From Octopus vulgaris (taxonomy: Eukaryota): DNA of 64,000 bases. Of the stretch, positions 51,022 through 63,925 are shown piece after piece (positions within the stretch are counted from its first letter, which is position 1; every line of letters begins with the position of its first letter). Below the pieces are notes generated by a model. The model was not told where the DNA came from. It saw only the letters and a program-made list of their open reading frames with translations, and searched no databases. Made by a program: the position numbers and the translations under genes. The stretch is from positions 113,522,001-113,586,000 of the forward strand of contig OX597819.1 in assembly GCA_951406725.2 (NCBI GenBank). Direction: 5' to 3'.

Positions 51022-51025
<4 letters not shown>
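50800..51025. repeat. Inverted repeat with arms of about 93 bp and a 40-bp spacer, embedded in (TA)n
   Basis: AGAAGAAATGAGGTACTCAGAAAATCGGAT...TATAACTTAGA is mirrored at 50933-51025; ORFs 50669 and 50935 share the same C-terminal peptide. Confidence 0.9.
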
Positions 51026-51061
<36 letters not shown>

Positions 51062-51589
51062 TCATACACACACACACACACACACACAAACAGAGTGACC
51101 GAATGAGGTGCATATATTTTTGTGTTATTCATGTTATATGTAAATGATAATTGAAATCAATATTTTTGAAACATCAAAGACATTATAGCAGGTATCTCTA
51201 GTCACTCTTTCTCTGCCATCAACATCAACACTACAGCTTCCGCCGCCACCCCCATCGACCCTACCTCCACAAGCACCATTACTACAATTACCAACAATTT
51301 TGCTATCTTTACAAAAACCATGCATCACAACCTGCTCTAATTACCATAAGTGAAACATCTATTGACCACTATTGACTCTGTCATATTGATCATAAGTATC
51401 TATTGATATGTACGCTTATTAATAGATACTTATAAACATGCATATACACATACACACTTACTTATATGTATGTATGAGTGTGTGTATATGTGTGTATGTG
51501 CACGCACACGTGTGTGTTTGTGCATGTGTGTATGTATGTATATGTATGTGTATGTGTGTGTGAGTGTGTGGATGTGTATGTGTATCTCA

Positions 51590-52305
51590 TCCCAGGAAGA
51601 CCTGGGATGAGATGGTGAAGCATGACCTTCGAACATTGGGCATCACCAAGGCAATGACTAGTGACCAGGACCTTTGGAAATATGCTGTGATTGAGAAGAC
51701 TCGACAAGCCAAGTGAGACCATAACCTTATGGCCTATGCTAGGGCTGTAACCAGTCCACTTATGCATGCCTTTTCTTCATTGGACACTAAACTCTGCTTG
51801 CGAAGACCTGTTGAGGCAAGTGAAATCGAAATCAAATTCGATGACTGGCATCCGTGCTAGTGGAGCGCTAAGAGCACCATCCAAGCATGATTGTTGCCAG
51901 TGCAACAAACTGGCTTCCATGCCGGTGACCCGTAAAAAGAACCATTTGAGCGTACTTGTTACCTGTGTTGCCTTACTGGTACTTGTGCTGGTGGCACATG
52001 AAAAACATTTGAGAGAGGTTGTTGCCACTGTCACTGGACTGGCTCCTGTGCATGTAGCACGTAAAAAGCACCATTTGGGCGTGGCCGTTGCCAGTACCAC
52101 CAAACTGGCCCTCGTGCCAGTGGTAGGTAAAAGCACCCACTACACTCTCGGAGTGATTGGTGTTATAAAGAGCATCCAGCTGTAGAAACTCTGCCATATC
52201 AGATTGGAGCCTGGTGCAGCCATCTGAATTACCAGCCCTCAGTCAAATCGTCCAACCCATGCTAGCATGGAAAGCGGACATTAAATGATGATGATGCTGA
52301 TGATG
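51590..52305 (+). mobile_element. RTE LINE 3' end: RT C-terminus, subrepeat-rich 3'UTR, (GAT)n tail
   Basis: PRKTWD.MVKHDLRTLGITKAMTSDQDLWKYAV, then tandem GTGCCGGTGGCACGTAAAAAGCACC-like units and TTAAATGATGATG. Confidence 0.85.
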
Positions 52306-52319
52306 ATATATATATATAT

Positions 52320-53100
52320 ATGTATGACTGCTGAGGATATGCGTAAGCTCGCAAGGAATAAAGCCAGCATGCTCCAATGGATGTGTAATGCCAGTGTGCA
52401 TACACGACAGAATGTTAGTGCCCTGAGAGAAAGGTTGGACCTAAGAAGCATCAGATGTGGTGTGCAAGAGAGACAACTGCACTGGTATGGTCATGTGGCG
52501 AGAATGGATGTCGATAGCTGTGTGAAAAAGTGCCACACCCTAACAGTTGAGAGAACCGGTGGAAGAGGTAGACCCAGGAAGACCTGGGATGAGGTAGTGA
52601 AGCATGACCTTCAAACATTAGATCTCACCGAGGCAATGACTAGTGACCGAGACCTCTGGAAATATGCTGTGCTGTAGAAGACTTGGTAAGCGCAAGTGAG
52701 ACCATAACCTTGTGGCCTATGCTAGGGGTGTAACCAGTCCACTTATGCGTGCCTTTTTTCATTGGACACTAAACTCTGCTTGCGAAGACCAGTTGAGGCA
52801 AGTGAAATCGGAGTCGAAATCAAACTCGGTGACTGACATCCATGGCTAGTGGAGTGCTAAGAGATCGTTGCCAGAGCAACAAGCTGGCCTTTGTGCTGAT
52901 GGCACGTTAAGCACACCATTCGAGCGTGATTGTTACCGCATCGCCTTACTAGCACTTGTGCTGGTGGCACGTGAAACGATCACGCTCGAATGGTGCTTTA
53001 TACATGCCACTGGCATGAAAGCCAATTAGCCGCTCTGGCAACAATCACGCTCAGATGGTGCTCTTAGCGCTCCACTAGCAGCACCAGTGCTAAGAGCACC
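52320..53100 (+). pseudogene. RTE LINE RT C-terminal fragment and partial 3'UTR
   Basis: ORF 52285..52677: MLQWMCNASVHTR...RQLHWYGHVARM...GRGRPRKTWDEVVKHDL. Confidence 0.88.
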
Positions 53101-53161
53101 TATATATATATATATATAATATTCTTATATATATAATATATAGATATGTGTGTATACATAC

Positions 53162-53202
<41 letters not shown>

Positions 53203-53205
<3 letters not shown>

Positions 53206-54688
53206 TCATCATCATCATCATCATTTAACGTCCGCTTTCCATGCTAGCATGGGTTGGACGGTTCAACTGGGGTCTGGGGAGCCCGAAGGCTGCACCAGGC
53301 CAGTCAGATCTGGCAGTGTTTCTACAGCTGGATGCCCTTCCTAACGCCAACCACTCCGAGAGTGTAGTGGGTGATTTTATGTGCCACCGACACAGGTGCC
53401 AGACGAGGCTGGCGAACGGCCACGCTCGGATGGTGTTTTTTATATGCCACCGACACAGGTGCCAGACGAGGCTGGCAGACGGCCACGCTCGGATGGTGTT
53501 TTTATGAGCCACCGACACAGGTGCCAGGTGAGGCTGACGAACGGCCACAATCGGATGGTGTTTGTTACGTGCCCACAGCACGGAGGCCAGTCGATGCAGT
53601 ACTGGCTACGGCCACGTTCGGATGGTTCTCTTGTGTGCCACCGGCACTGGTACCACAAAGATACAAATTCCATTGATGTTCATCTATTTTGATTTGTTTT
53701 GATTTTGATTTTGATTTTCACTTGCCTCAACAGGTCTTCACAAGTGTCACAAGAAGGAAGGTATGCACAGGTGGACTGACTACGTCCCAGGTAGGGGCCA
53801 CGGGTTATGGCCTGACTAGTCTTGCCGGGTCTTCAGATGGTGGTTTTGTTTGTTACGTGCCCACAGCACGGAGGCCAGTCAATGCGGTACTGGCTACGGC
53901 CACGTTCAGATGGTTTTCTTGTGTGCCACCGGCACTGGTACCACAAAGATACAAATTCCATTGATGTTCATCTATTTTTTTTTTATTTTGATTTGTTTTG
54001 ATTTGATTTTGATTTTGATTTTGATTTTCACTTGCCTCAACAGGTCTTCACAAGTGTCACAAGAAGGAAGGTATGCACAGGTGGACTGACTACGTCCCAG
54101 GTAGGGGCCATGGGTTATGGCCTGACTAGTCTTGCCGGGTCTTTGGATGGTGTTTTTATGTGCCACCGACACAGGTGCCTAGTCTTGCCGGATCTTCGGA
54201 TGGTGTTTTTATGTGCCACCGACACAGGTGCCAGATGAGGCTGGCGAACGGCCACGATCGGATGGTGTTTGTTACGTGCCCACAGCACGGAGGCCAGTCG
54301 ATGCGGTACTGGCTACGGCCACGTTCGGATGGTTTTCTTGTGTGCCACCGGCACTGGTACCACAAAGATACAAATTCCATTGATGTTCATCTATTTTGAT
54401 TTGTTTTGATTTTGATTTTGATTTTGATTTTGATTTTCACTTGCCTCAACAGGTCTTCACAAGTGTCACAAGAGGAAGGTATGCACAGGTGGACTGACTA
54501 CGTCCCAGTTAGTGGCTATGGGTTATGGCCTGACTAGTCTTGCCGGGTCTTCAGATGGTGTTTTTATGTGCCACCGACACAGGTGCCTGATGAGGCTGGC
54601 GAACGGACATGATCGGATGGTGTTTGTTACGTGCTCACAGCACGGAGGCCAGTCGATGCGGTACTGGCTACGGCCACGTTCGGATGGT
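53203..54688 (-). repeat. RTE 3'UTR with local tandem multiplication (three or more blocks of about 300-440 bp)
   Basis: The block CACAAAGATACAAATTCCATTGATGTTC...(GATTTT)n...CAAGTGTCACAAG...GGACTGACTACGTCCCAG repeats at about 53655, 53940 and 54360. Confidence 0.85.
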
Positions 54689-54739
54689 TAAGAGTGACCA
54701 CTATGTGGTCGACTCTAGCACTAAAAATAGATCCGCTAC

Positions 54740-55702
54740 GGTATATACATCTTCATTTTGTATTGAGATTCCATGTGACGTGCTACAGCATATGTTTGCT
54801 GATCTTGAAAAAGTATCATCTTGCTTCTGTCTATTTGATGTGCTGCACCTTGCATTTCATGATCTTGGGAAAGTCTCATTTTCCCTTCTGTATTGAGACT
54901 TCATGGAATGTGCCTTTGCTGATGTTGAGAAAGTGTCATCTCGCTTCTGTCTTGAGACTCTATTTAATGTGCTGCAAAATGCGTTTGCTGATCTTGGCAA
55001 AGTCTCATCTCCTTTCTCTCTTGAGACTCCATTTGAAGAGCTGCAATACACGTTTGCTGATTGTGGGGAAATTCCATTTTCCTTCTCTCTTGAGACTCCA
55101 TTTGACGTGCTGCAGCTTGCATTTGCTGATTTTAGGAAAGTCTCATCTCACTTCTGCATTGAGACTCCATCTAACATGCTACAGCATGCCCTTGCTGATG
55201 TTGAGAAAGTTTCATTTCCCTTCTCTCTTGAGACTCCATTTGATGTGCTGCAACATGCATTTGCTGATCTCGAGAAAGTCTCACCTATTTTTTCTCTTGA
55301 GATTCTTGCCTTCGGTTTTCTACAATCCCCCTTGTTTTATAGTTGTATCTGGAGAGATAACATCTTTTTGGAGGCATCTTTCAATATTGTAAACAAAAAA
55401 TTATGAACGTAAAAAAAAATCATACATTAATCTCTCTTTTTTAAGCTGTTGTATGTATGTAGTAAAAACAATATAGTCTTATCAAAAGTGAAAGAATAAA
55501 ACTGAAACAATATTATACCGCTGAAAAAAAAAAATTGGAAGGGTCGTGGTGGGGGGGGGGGGATATGTGGGCAAGGGACAAAATTTGAACCCCCTAGAAC
55601 CTTCCCCGAGTAATGTCAAATTTTGCACAGATTGATCCAGCGGTTTGGCCGTGCAGAGGAAACGCGCGCGCGCACGCACACATACGCACGCACACATTGA
55701 AT

Positions 55703-55740
<38 letters not shown>
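54740..55740 (-). mobile_element. Helitron 5' fragment: terminus plus decayed RepHel N-terminus with 69-bp (23-aa, STPR-like) repeats
   Basis: Minus strand: (TA)n-(TG)n-GCACGGCCAAACCGCTGGATCAATCTGTGCAAAATTT, a Lep1-like Helitron 5' motif. Then ATG at 55377, MPPKRCYLSR..., and repeats such as ESQERREMKLSQHQQGHAVA / ESQERKEMRLCQDQQTHFAA with in-frame stops. Confidence 0.7.
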
Positions 55741-55744
<4 letters not shown>

Positions 55745-56054
55745 CCCCCTTCGGTCAGACACTGACCATGGGTTTGTACCTAGAGAGTTACCCTCTGAGG
55801 CACAAGTCTGGGCAAGGTTGTTTTTTTATGGAAGATCAGCAGTCGCCCATGCATACCGGCTGCCCCCTCGTCACCGATGTTGTCCAAGGGAAAGGCAAGG
55901 GTCGATACAGCTTGGCACCTGTGACGTCGCAACTCATTTCTACAGCTGAGTGAACTGGAGCAACGTGAAATAAAGTGTCTTGCTCAAGAACTCAACACGC
56001 AGCCCGGTCCGGGATTCGAGCTCACAACCTCACGATCGTAAGCTCGACGCTCTA

Positions 56055-56535
<481 letters not shown>

Positions 56536-57685
56536 TTGCAGCCACCATATTCCCTCTCAAAGGCTCTTGTGAGCTCGGGGTGATTGTTGTAATCACTCAT
56601 CCAAGACGCTACACATTGGGACTGAGCCTAAAGACATGTGGTTGCAAAGCGAACTTCTTAGCCATTCACTGATGTCTGCGTGTAAACATAGTCACCCTCC
56701 TGTTCCCCTCACCCTTGACTCACCCTGGAGTACGAACGATGTGACACTGGAGGAAGAAAGAGCTGCACTAGGACTCCTGGCTGGTACTTATTACAATGGA
56801 TTAGACTGGAGTAACGAAGAATGAATTGCTATGCATAAGAATTCAATGTGCTTCCCGATACAGGAATTGAACCCAGAATCTTATGATGGTAAGTCAAACA
56901 CCTTAAACACTAAGCCATGCATCCGCACCTCTCCTCACATATTTAATGTTACAAAAAAACAAAACAAAAACAAATTGTTCTCTCTTTACACAAATATGTA
57001 TGCAAGCATATATACACGTGTGTGTGTGTGCATGTATGTATGCATGTTGTATGTGCATGTAACTGCATCTCTCTCTCTATCTCTCTATCTGTCTATCTCA
57101 TTACGTAAGGTTGTCGAAGGTCCTTCCTTCGAAAACGTTTCATCCATTTCCGAAGCTCTTCCGTTTCGAGAGGCTGTTGTTTGTTGACCTAACATAAGTT
57201 TGGTTCACTTGACGACGAAAGAAGAACTGCGGAAAATAAAAGATTAGATAAACAGACAAGCAAAGTTGTGTGAGAAGTCGTTAGAAACACAAACAGAAGA
57301 CAAGAAAATAGAGAGAAGAATACAACAAAGTGACGGATAGAATACAGAGAGAGGGTGAGAAAGGCTTTATCACAGGGGGACAATATATGTATGTGTGGGA
57401 GAGAGAGAAGAGAGAGAGAATCAATGATAAAGAATATAAACAAAAGGAAAAAATATATATAGCAAGAGAAAGAGAGGCCTAATCAAAGACAAAGAAAAAT
57501 ACAAAAGGACGGGAAAAGGCAGAAGGGAAGAGAGAAAAAGAGAGAGAGAGAGAGAGGCAGATGCAAAAAGAAAAAAAAAGAGAAAATAGAAACGGTGAAA
57601 GATATAGAGAAAAAGAGTGAAGAAAAGAAAGTGAAATGCAGAATCGAAGATAGAGAAGAATTCAAACGGACGAAGACACACACCG

Positions 57686-57716
<31 letters not shown>

Positions 57717-57862
57717 AAGAGAGAGAGTGAGTGTGTGTGTGCGTGATAGGAAGTGTGTGTGAGTGTGTGTATGGGAGAGAGAGAGAGAGAGAGAAAGAAG
57801 TAAAGAAAGGAGAATAACAGAGACAGAGAGAGATGAAAGATCAAAGCAAGAGAAAAACAAAT

Positions 57863-57910
<48 letters not shown>

Positions 57911-57989
57911 GAATATAAACGGACGGAGAAAGACTGAGAATGTTTGTGTAAACGTGAGCAAGAAGGAAGGAGGTCGCAAGTGAATGGGT

Positions 57990-58545
57990 TGTTCTGTGTG
58001 TACAAGGAATCCCCGCCTCCCATTGGAATATCTACTGTGTAGTTTAAAAGAACAACTTAAAAGGACCTGTTTAGATAGGAAGTTAACTGTAAAACAATAA
58101 GGTTTGCTAAGAAAGTTAACCAAGTAGGTCCACTTTTCGAAGTTGCTGCTCCGAGCCAGCTAAAGAAGCACAGTTTATACACAAAAATCGTTGGTCTTGG
58201 TACTGTGTTGTCTCTAACATTGGAATAATGTATTGTAATTTCTGTTTTCTTTTTATCTATTCAAGGCAGATGAGGTTGGACTACATTGCTTAGACAAAGC
58301 TGAATTGGTGACTAGGGCGGGGAATTAACCTTGGATACAGATATACACTAATATACATACTTATATATATATATACGCACAGACTAACCTACAAGCTCAT
58401 CGTATCTACACACGCACACGTAAACAACCACACACGCGTATATAAATCTATAGATGTATGTGTAACATAAACAGATATAGCTATATACATAACAGACTCT
58501 CTCGAGCCATTTCCTCTCTATCGGATTAACTTATAGGATTTAACT
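57990..58545 (+). promoter_or_regulatory. Possible promoter/5'UTR of a plus-strand gene
   Basis: CpG-retaining unique DNA after a purine-rich tract, with GC boxes (CCCCGCCTCC near 58011, GGGCGGGG near 58315) and an inverted CCAAT (ATTGG near 58022). Confidence 0.35.
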
Positions 58546-58603
58546 ATGGATTATCAAGATTTACGCTGCGACATAGCTTTAATAATACAAGCCCTGCAAC
58601 GAG
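58546..58603 (+). CDS. Candidate first coding exon of an unidentified gene (MDYQDLRCDIALIIQALQR-)
   Basis: Good Kozak context actATGG, 19 open codons and a consensus donor GAG|GTAAGT in phase 1. No downstream exon recognised in the window. Confidence 0.4.
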
Positions 58604-58969
58604 GTAAGTATCAATACATACGTAACTGTATTCTGAACGCCGCGTGTGAGTGTTATTTATATATGTATATATGCTGTTTGTGTTTGGGAAAGGCATGAGA
58701 GTCACAATGCTCTCTTTCATCCCTGAAAATACAGGGCTGCTGGTTTATATTAGATAGTTTTACAGTAGAGTAAGTCAATAGTTAAGTGACAAGGGTCGCT
58801 TTGCTAACCAGTTAAGTGTCTGTGTGCGTGTGTGTGTATTATATATGTATATATGCCAGTTTTATATATATATAGGGTGTGTATATATACCTCTTAGTAT
58901 GTATTTATCTTTTAATGCCTTATATATATATATATATATTAGCTTTTATGTATTGTGTGTACTTCTGTC

Positions 58970-59026
<57 letters not shown>

Positions 59027-59085
59027 ACAGAAGTACACACAATACATAAAAGCTAATATATATATATATATATAGAGAGAGAGAA

Positions 59086-59286
59086 AGTTAAGTCGACCCG
59101 AAGCTATAACAAAAAAAAACAAAAAAACAAAAAAAAACCCAAGATACCATGCACTGGGGGATCGAACCAGAGATCGCGCGATCCGAAGCGAATTTCTTAA
59201 TAACTTGGTCATGCTTTACACTTTCACACGTAAGCGATTCATTAAATACCTTATGTATACATACAAGACACATGTATATACGTGAC

Positions 59287-59338
<52 letters not shown>

Positions 59339-59367
59339 GACAGAAGTACAAACAATACATAAAAGCT

Positions 59368-59418
<51 letters not shown>

Positions 59419-59461
59419 GTGTATATATACCACTTAGTATGTATTTATCTTTTAATGCCTT

Positions 59462-59492
<31 letters not shown>

Positions 59493-59522
59493 TAGCCTTT
59501 ATGTATTGTGTGTACTTCTGTC

Positions 59523-59554
<32 letters not shown>

Positions 59555-59740
59555 GTCACGTATATACATGTGTCCTGTATGTATACATAAGGTATTTAAT
59601 TAATCTCTTACGTGTGAAAGTGTAAAGCATGGCCAAGTCATTAAGAAATTCGCTTCGCGATCGCGCAATCTCTGGTTCGATCCCCAGTGCATGGTATCTT
59701 GGGTTTTTGTTTTTTGTTATAGCTTCGGGTCGTCTTAACT
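59086..59740. repeat. Palindrome of about 650 bp containing a tRNA-like SINE head in each arm
   Basis: 59086-59400 is reverse-complementary to about 59460-59740, including TGGCCAAGTCATTAAGAAATTCGCTTCG...GGTTCGATCCCC. Confidence 0.88.
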
Positions 59741-62700
59741 CTTCGGAATGAAAGTGCGTAGACAGGCATTGCAAAGTCCGTTAGATGGACAATATCTGTA
59801 AGTCAAAGGGCCAACTTTGTCGCCCCACTATCACAGTAATTCTTCCCAAAGACTACGTTAAGAGTAGTAGTACACATGCCTGTGGAATACTCGGCCACTT
59901 GCACTATAATTCAATGATTGAGTAATTTCATCGAACAAATGGAGGCCTCATCTTCTAAACCGACGGAGACGCCTTTACGTACGTGTGTATTTTACCAATA
60001 ATTGTGTTTTGTATACATGCTATTAATTATGACAGTTCTATGGTTTCATCGGATCGTCTCACAATAAAAACAAAAACAAGACAAAAATAAAAGAAAACAA
60101 ACAAATGCAAAACAACATATCGCTATGCCAGCACGCAATTATACAGACGTATTTATGAGTATATGTACAGCAATGGATGTAATATGCGTGCATAAATATA
60201 TCTGCATATGTGTGTATATATGTGTATGCGTATGTGTATATGTATATAAGTGGACATATTTGTAAATGTGTATGTTTATGTGCGTGCATATACTTATATA
60301 TAAATATATATAGGTGCGTGTATGTGTATATACACGTGTGTGTGTGTGTATGTGTGTGTGCCAAAGAAGGAACTCTGAGGAACCTAGTAGTGGCCTTGTG
60401 TTGGCAATGGCTAAGTTTGTATGTTGTGGGTGAGAAGAATCTGCTGTTTTGGGTCTGAACTGTGTTATAGGGTGGCGGGCAGGAGGTATTTCATCTGAAG
60501 ATCAGCTGAAAAGTTCAGTTAAAAAGCCTTTTCTTTCTCGCAGATGAAGGGTCAATTCCGAAACGTCAGGTTCCACTCTCCCCATAGCATTGGAACATAT
60601 CCAAATCGATGAACTTGTGTGTGTGTATGTACGTATATATATATGTATGAATGCATATTGTATGTGTGTGTGTGTGTACGTATATATATATGTATATATG
60701 AATGCATATTGTATGTGTGTGTGTACGTATATATATATATATGTATGAATGCATATTGTATGCGTATGTATATATATATATATATATGTTTCTATGTATG
60801 TGTATATATATATATGCGTTTGTGTGTGTGTGTGTAGTATGCCCCGCCCCGCTTTTGATTTAAAAGTATTTAACGTCAATACAAACACACACACATATGC
60901 AATTTGTGTATGTATTGTTCGAAATAACGTCCACAAAAGCCCTGCATAACGTAAAATACTGGAGTTTAGTTCATAGTTTAATAACAATACACGTTTATTC
61001 ATTTATCTCTCTATACATCTTCAGCAATACACGCGTTAACAAGGGGGACTTATACGTGGTCCTTCGACAAGCTACAAATAGTAGTCACGTCTCCTGCAAA
61101 TCACACTTCGTTGCTTTACAAATGGACATACTGGATAAAGTGATCTTAAGTTTCCTCCACAAAGGGAAAATGGGCTTGACTACGACTGGAATGTCTTTGA
61201 TCATAAGTCAGCTTGAGCAGAGTTGACCTGCGCCCAAACAACAACAACAACCAGCAATAAAAAGTTTATGTGCATTTGATCTTTGGAGCCATTGAGTTTA
61301 ACAATGCTACGTGTTCCAGGAGTAAGGTATGAAAAGCTTTACAACTTTCAGGTTGTGTTGAAATATAAGACGGTTATTTTCTTGTCGAAGCCGGTTCATT
61401 TCATTAATGATATGGGGGGTGGATAAAATAAAATAAAATAATACCAGTCAAGTACTGCAGTCAATGTAATGTTTAATTTACTATATCCTCTTTCTATACC
61501 TGTGGCCTTGTGCCTATAGTAAGAAGAGAAGCACACATTTTTACATCGGCTCATTGCCTTTCCTCGAAAATTCGTGACTGTTATGTTTTTAAAAATCATG
61601 CATATAATTAGGGCGTGGAGCCTGATTATTAGTATAGATACAAATATCCAGCTGTTTACGTAGTCAAGAATAGGCCTATATTATTTCAAGCTTGTATGTA
61701 ATATATATATATATGGGCTTAATATGTTGACGCTCATGAAAATCTGAAGTCTAACGTTTCGAGCCTACGCTCGTCTACGGGAAGGATAGATGAAGAAAAA
61801 GACAAATAAAGATAAAAGAACGACTGTGTCTCAGTTAGATGGTCACTGCATATATACACATAAACCGGCAATGACTTAACTGGCTGAAACTTCGAAGTCA
61901 CTGTCAGTAATAGTCTTGCTTAATAATAAATCTGTGTTCTTCAAAAGTATAGAGTAACTCATCAGATAAATGTAAAATTGTTTTAACTGAAAATAAACAC
62001 TCACACACACACACACACACACACTTTTAACACCTGCTTGATTCGCTAGGTGCCGTATGTTATATTGACACCTGGTTTCTCCGGAATCTGGGTCATCTTG
62101 ACTCTTAAAGTCCCTATCTGACTCGCTCCACACGGAGCAAAGTGACGTGATTAGATCTTAGGATATAGGGGGTTCGTTGATGAGATAAGGGCAGAAAATC
62201 GAGGTGTGTGTGTGTGTAAGGACATTGTTACAGAATATGTAATAACCATCTTTTACATGTTTTCGTGTCTAGTTTATTTTATATAAACACGTTTATTCGT
62301 GTTTATATTGTGAATGGATTATCAGTTTTAGGGGTGGGGGTACACAAATTGATAATCCATTGATTCACTCTACGCATATAGGCACACACTAAAAGGATTA
62401 TGGCCGTGCTTCATGTTCCTTTAAAAACTCCCCTAGACTAATAGTTTGGGACATAGGGGATACAAATATGATTATAATTAAGAATTCTTGCTTTGTGTTA
62501 AAATGTCAGTTTGAAGAAGGGACAGTTTCGAAATAGCTTCCCAGTATTTGACTACATTTTTATTTTCTTGAATCCCCGGAAGAATGAAAGGTGGAGTTGA
62601 CTTCGATGGGATTTGAACTGGGAATATAAAGTGGTTGTAACTAAATACTCGTGCACTCTGGTTTGTTTACTGCGTTGATAAATAATGATTTATTTTATTG

Positions 62701-62806
62701 GTTATAAGGACCCAAGGGGTTGTGGGTGGGGTGGGTGTGCAGCCGAACAAAATACAAACATGGGGCGATGGTGGCGATTTACATCGAGTAACAATAAATA
62801 AATGAA

Positions 62807-62880
<74 letters not shown>

Positions 62881-63329
62881 ATAATAATGATGATGATGAT
62901 GGAGATTTCAAATTTTGGCACAAGGCCAGCAGTTTTAAAGGGCGGGGTTAATCGATTATATCGACCCCAAATGCTCGACTGCTACTTATTTTATCGACCC
63001 CGAAGGATGCAAGGGAAAGTCGACCTCGGTGGTATTTGAACTCATAATAATAATAATATTAATAATTACAAAGAACTAACCATAATAAAAAATTAGCCTT
63101 GTTTATCTCTCGAGGCACTAACAGCAGTTAAAGGAAGACGAGGGTTGGGGGGAGTTTGACCGGCAAGTATTTGACAGGGGTGCAGTACAAACAAATCTCA
63201 AAACACAGTGTTCGGTGACGCGATACTACTATAATAGAATACACACACATATACACACGCACACGATATTTTGACGCAGACTCATAACAACAAACACTCG
63301 TATTTATTCCGTTGCACCAATACCGTATT

Positions 63330-63925
63330 AGTCACCTCACATCACTATTATCACAACCATCAACACCGTCACCACCACCACCACCACCACCACCACCACC
63401 ATCGTCATCGGTACCAACGCCACTATCTCTATTTCCCACCACCACCACCACCACCACCACTACTTCCACTACTCCATCATCACCACAACCATCATCATCG
63501 TCGCCATCATTATCATCGCTCACCACCAGCCCCCATCACTATCACCCCCCACCACCATCATTATTACTATTACCACCCACCACCTCCACTCCGCACCATC
63601 ATTATCACTACACTGCTTCCACTGTTATCATCATTGTCACCACCACCACCACCACCACCATACAACCACCATCATTATCATCATCATCATCATCATCACC
63701 ACTGCTGTCATCATTATCATCACTACCATCTCAATCGCACCCACAACCACTACCACCATCATCACCACCACTTCTAACATCATCATTATCATCATCATCA
63801 TCACCACTGCTGCCCTCATTATCATCACTACCATCTCAATCGCACCCACAACCACTACCACCATCATCAGTTGCCACCATCATCACCACCACTTCTAACA
63901 TCATCATCATCGTCATAATCATCAA
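63330..63925. repeat. (CAC/CAT)n low-complexity tract with internal duplication of about 110 bp
   Basis: CATTATCATCACTACCATCTCAATCGCACCCACAACCACTACCACCATCATC occurs twice (about 63712 and 63817). Confidence 0.9.

Noticed and set aside
57189-58123. Hydrophobic membrane-protein-like ORFs on the minus strand
   Set aside because: Translation of (GA)n and A-rich simple sequence.
63271-63777. His/Pro-rich 168-aa ORF
   Set aside because: Product of CAC/CAT trinucleotide repeats with a non-ATG start and no splice or homology support.
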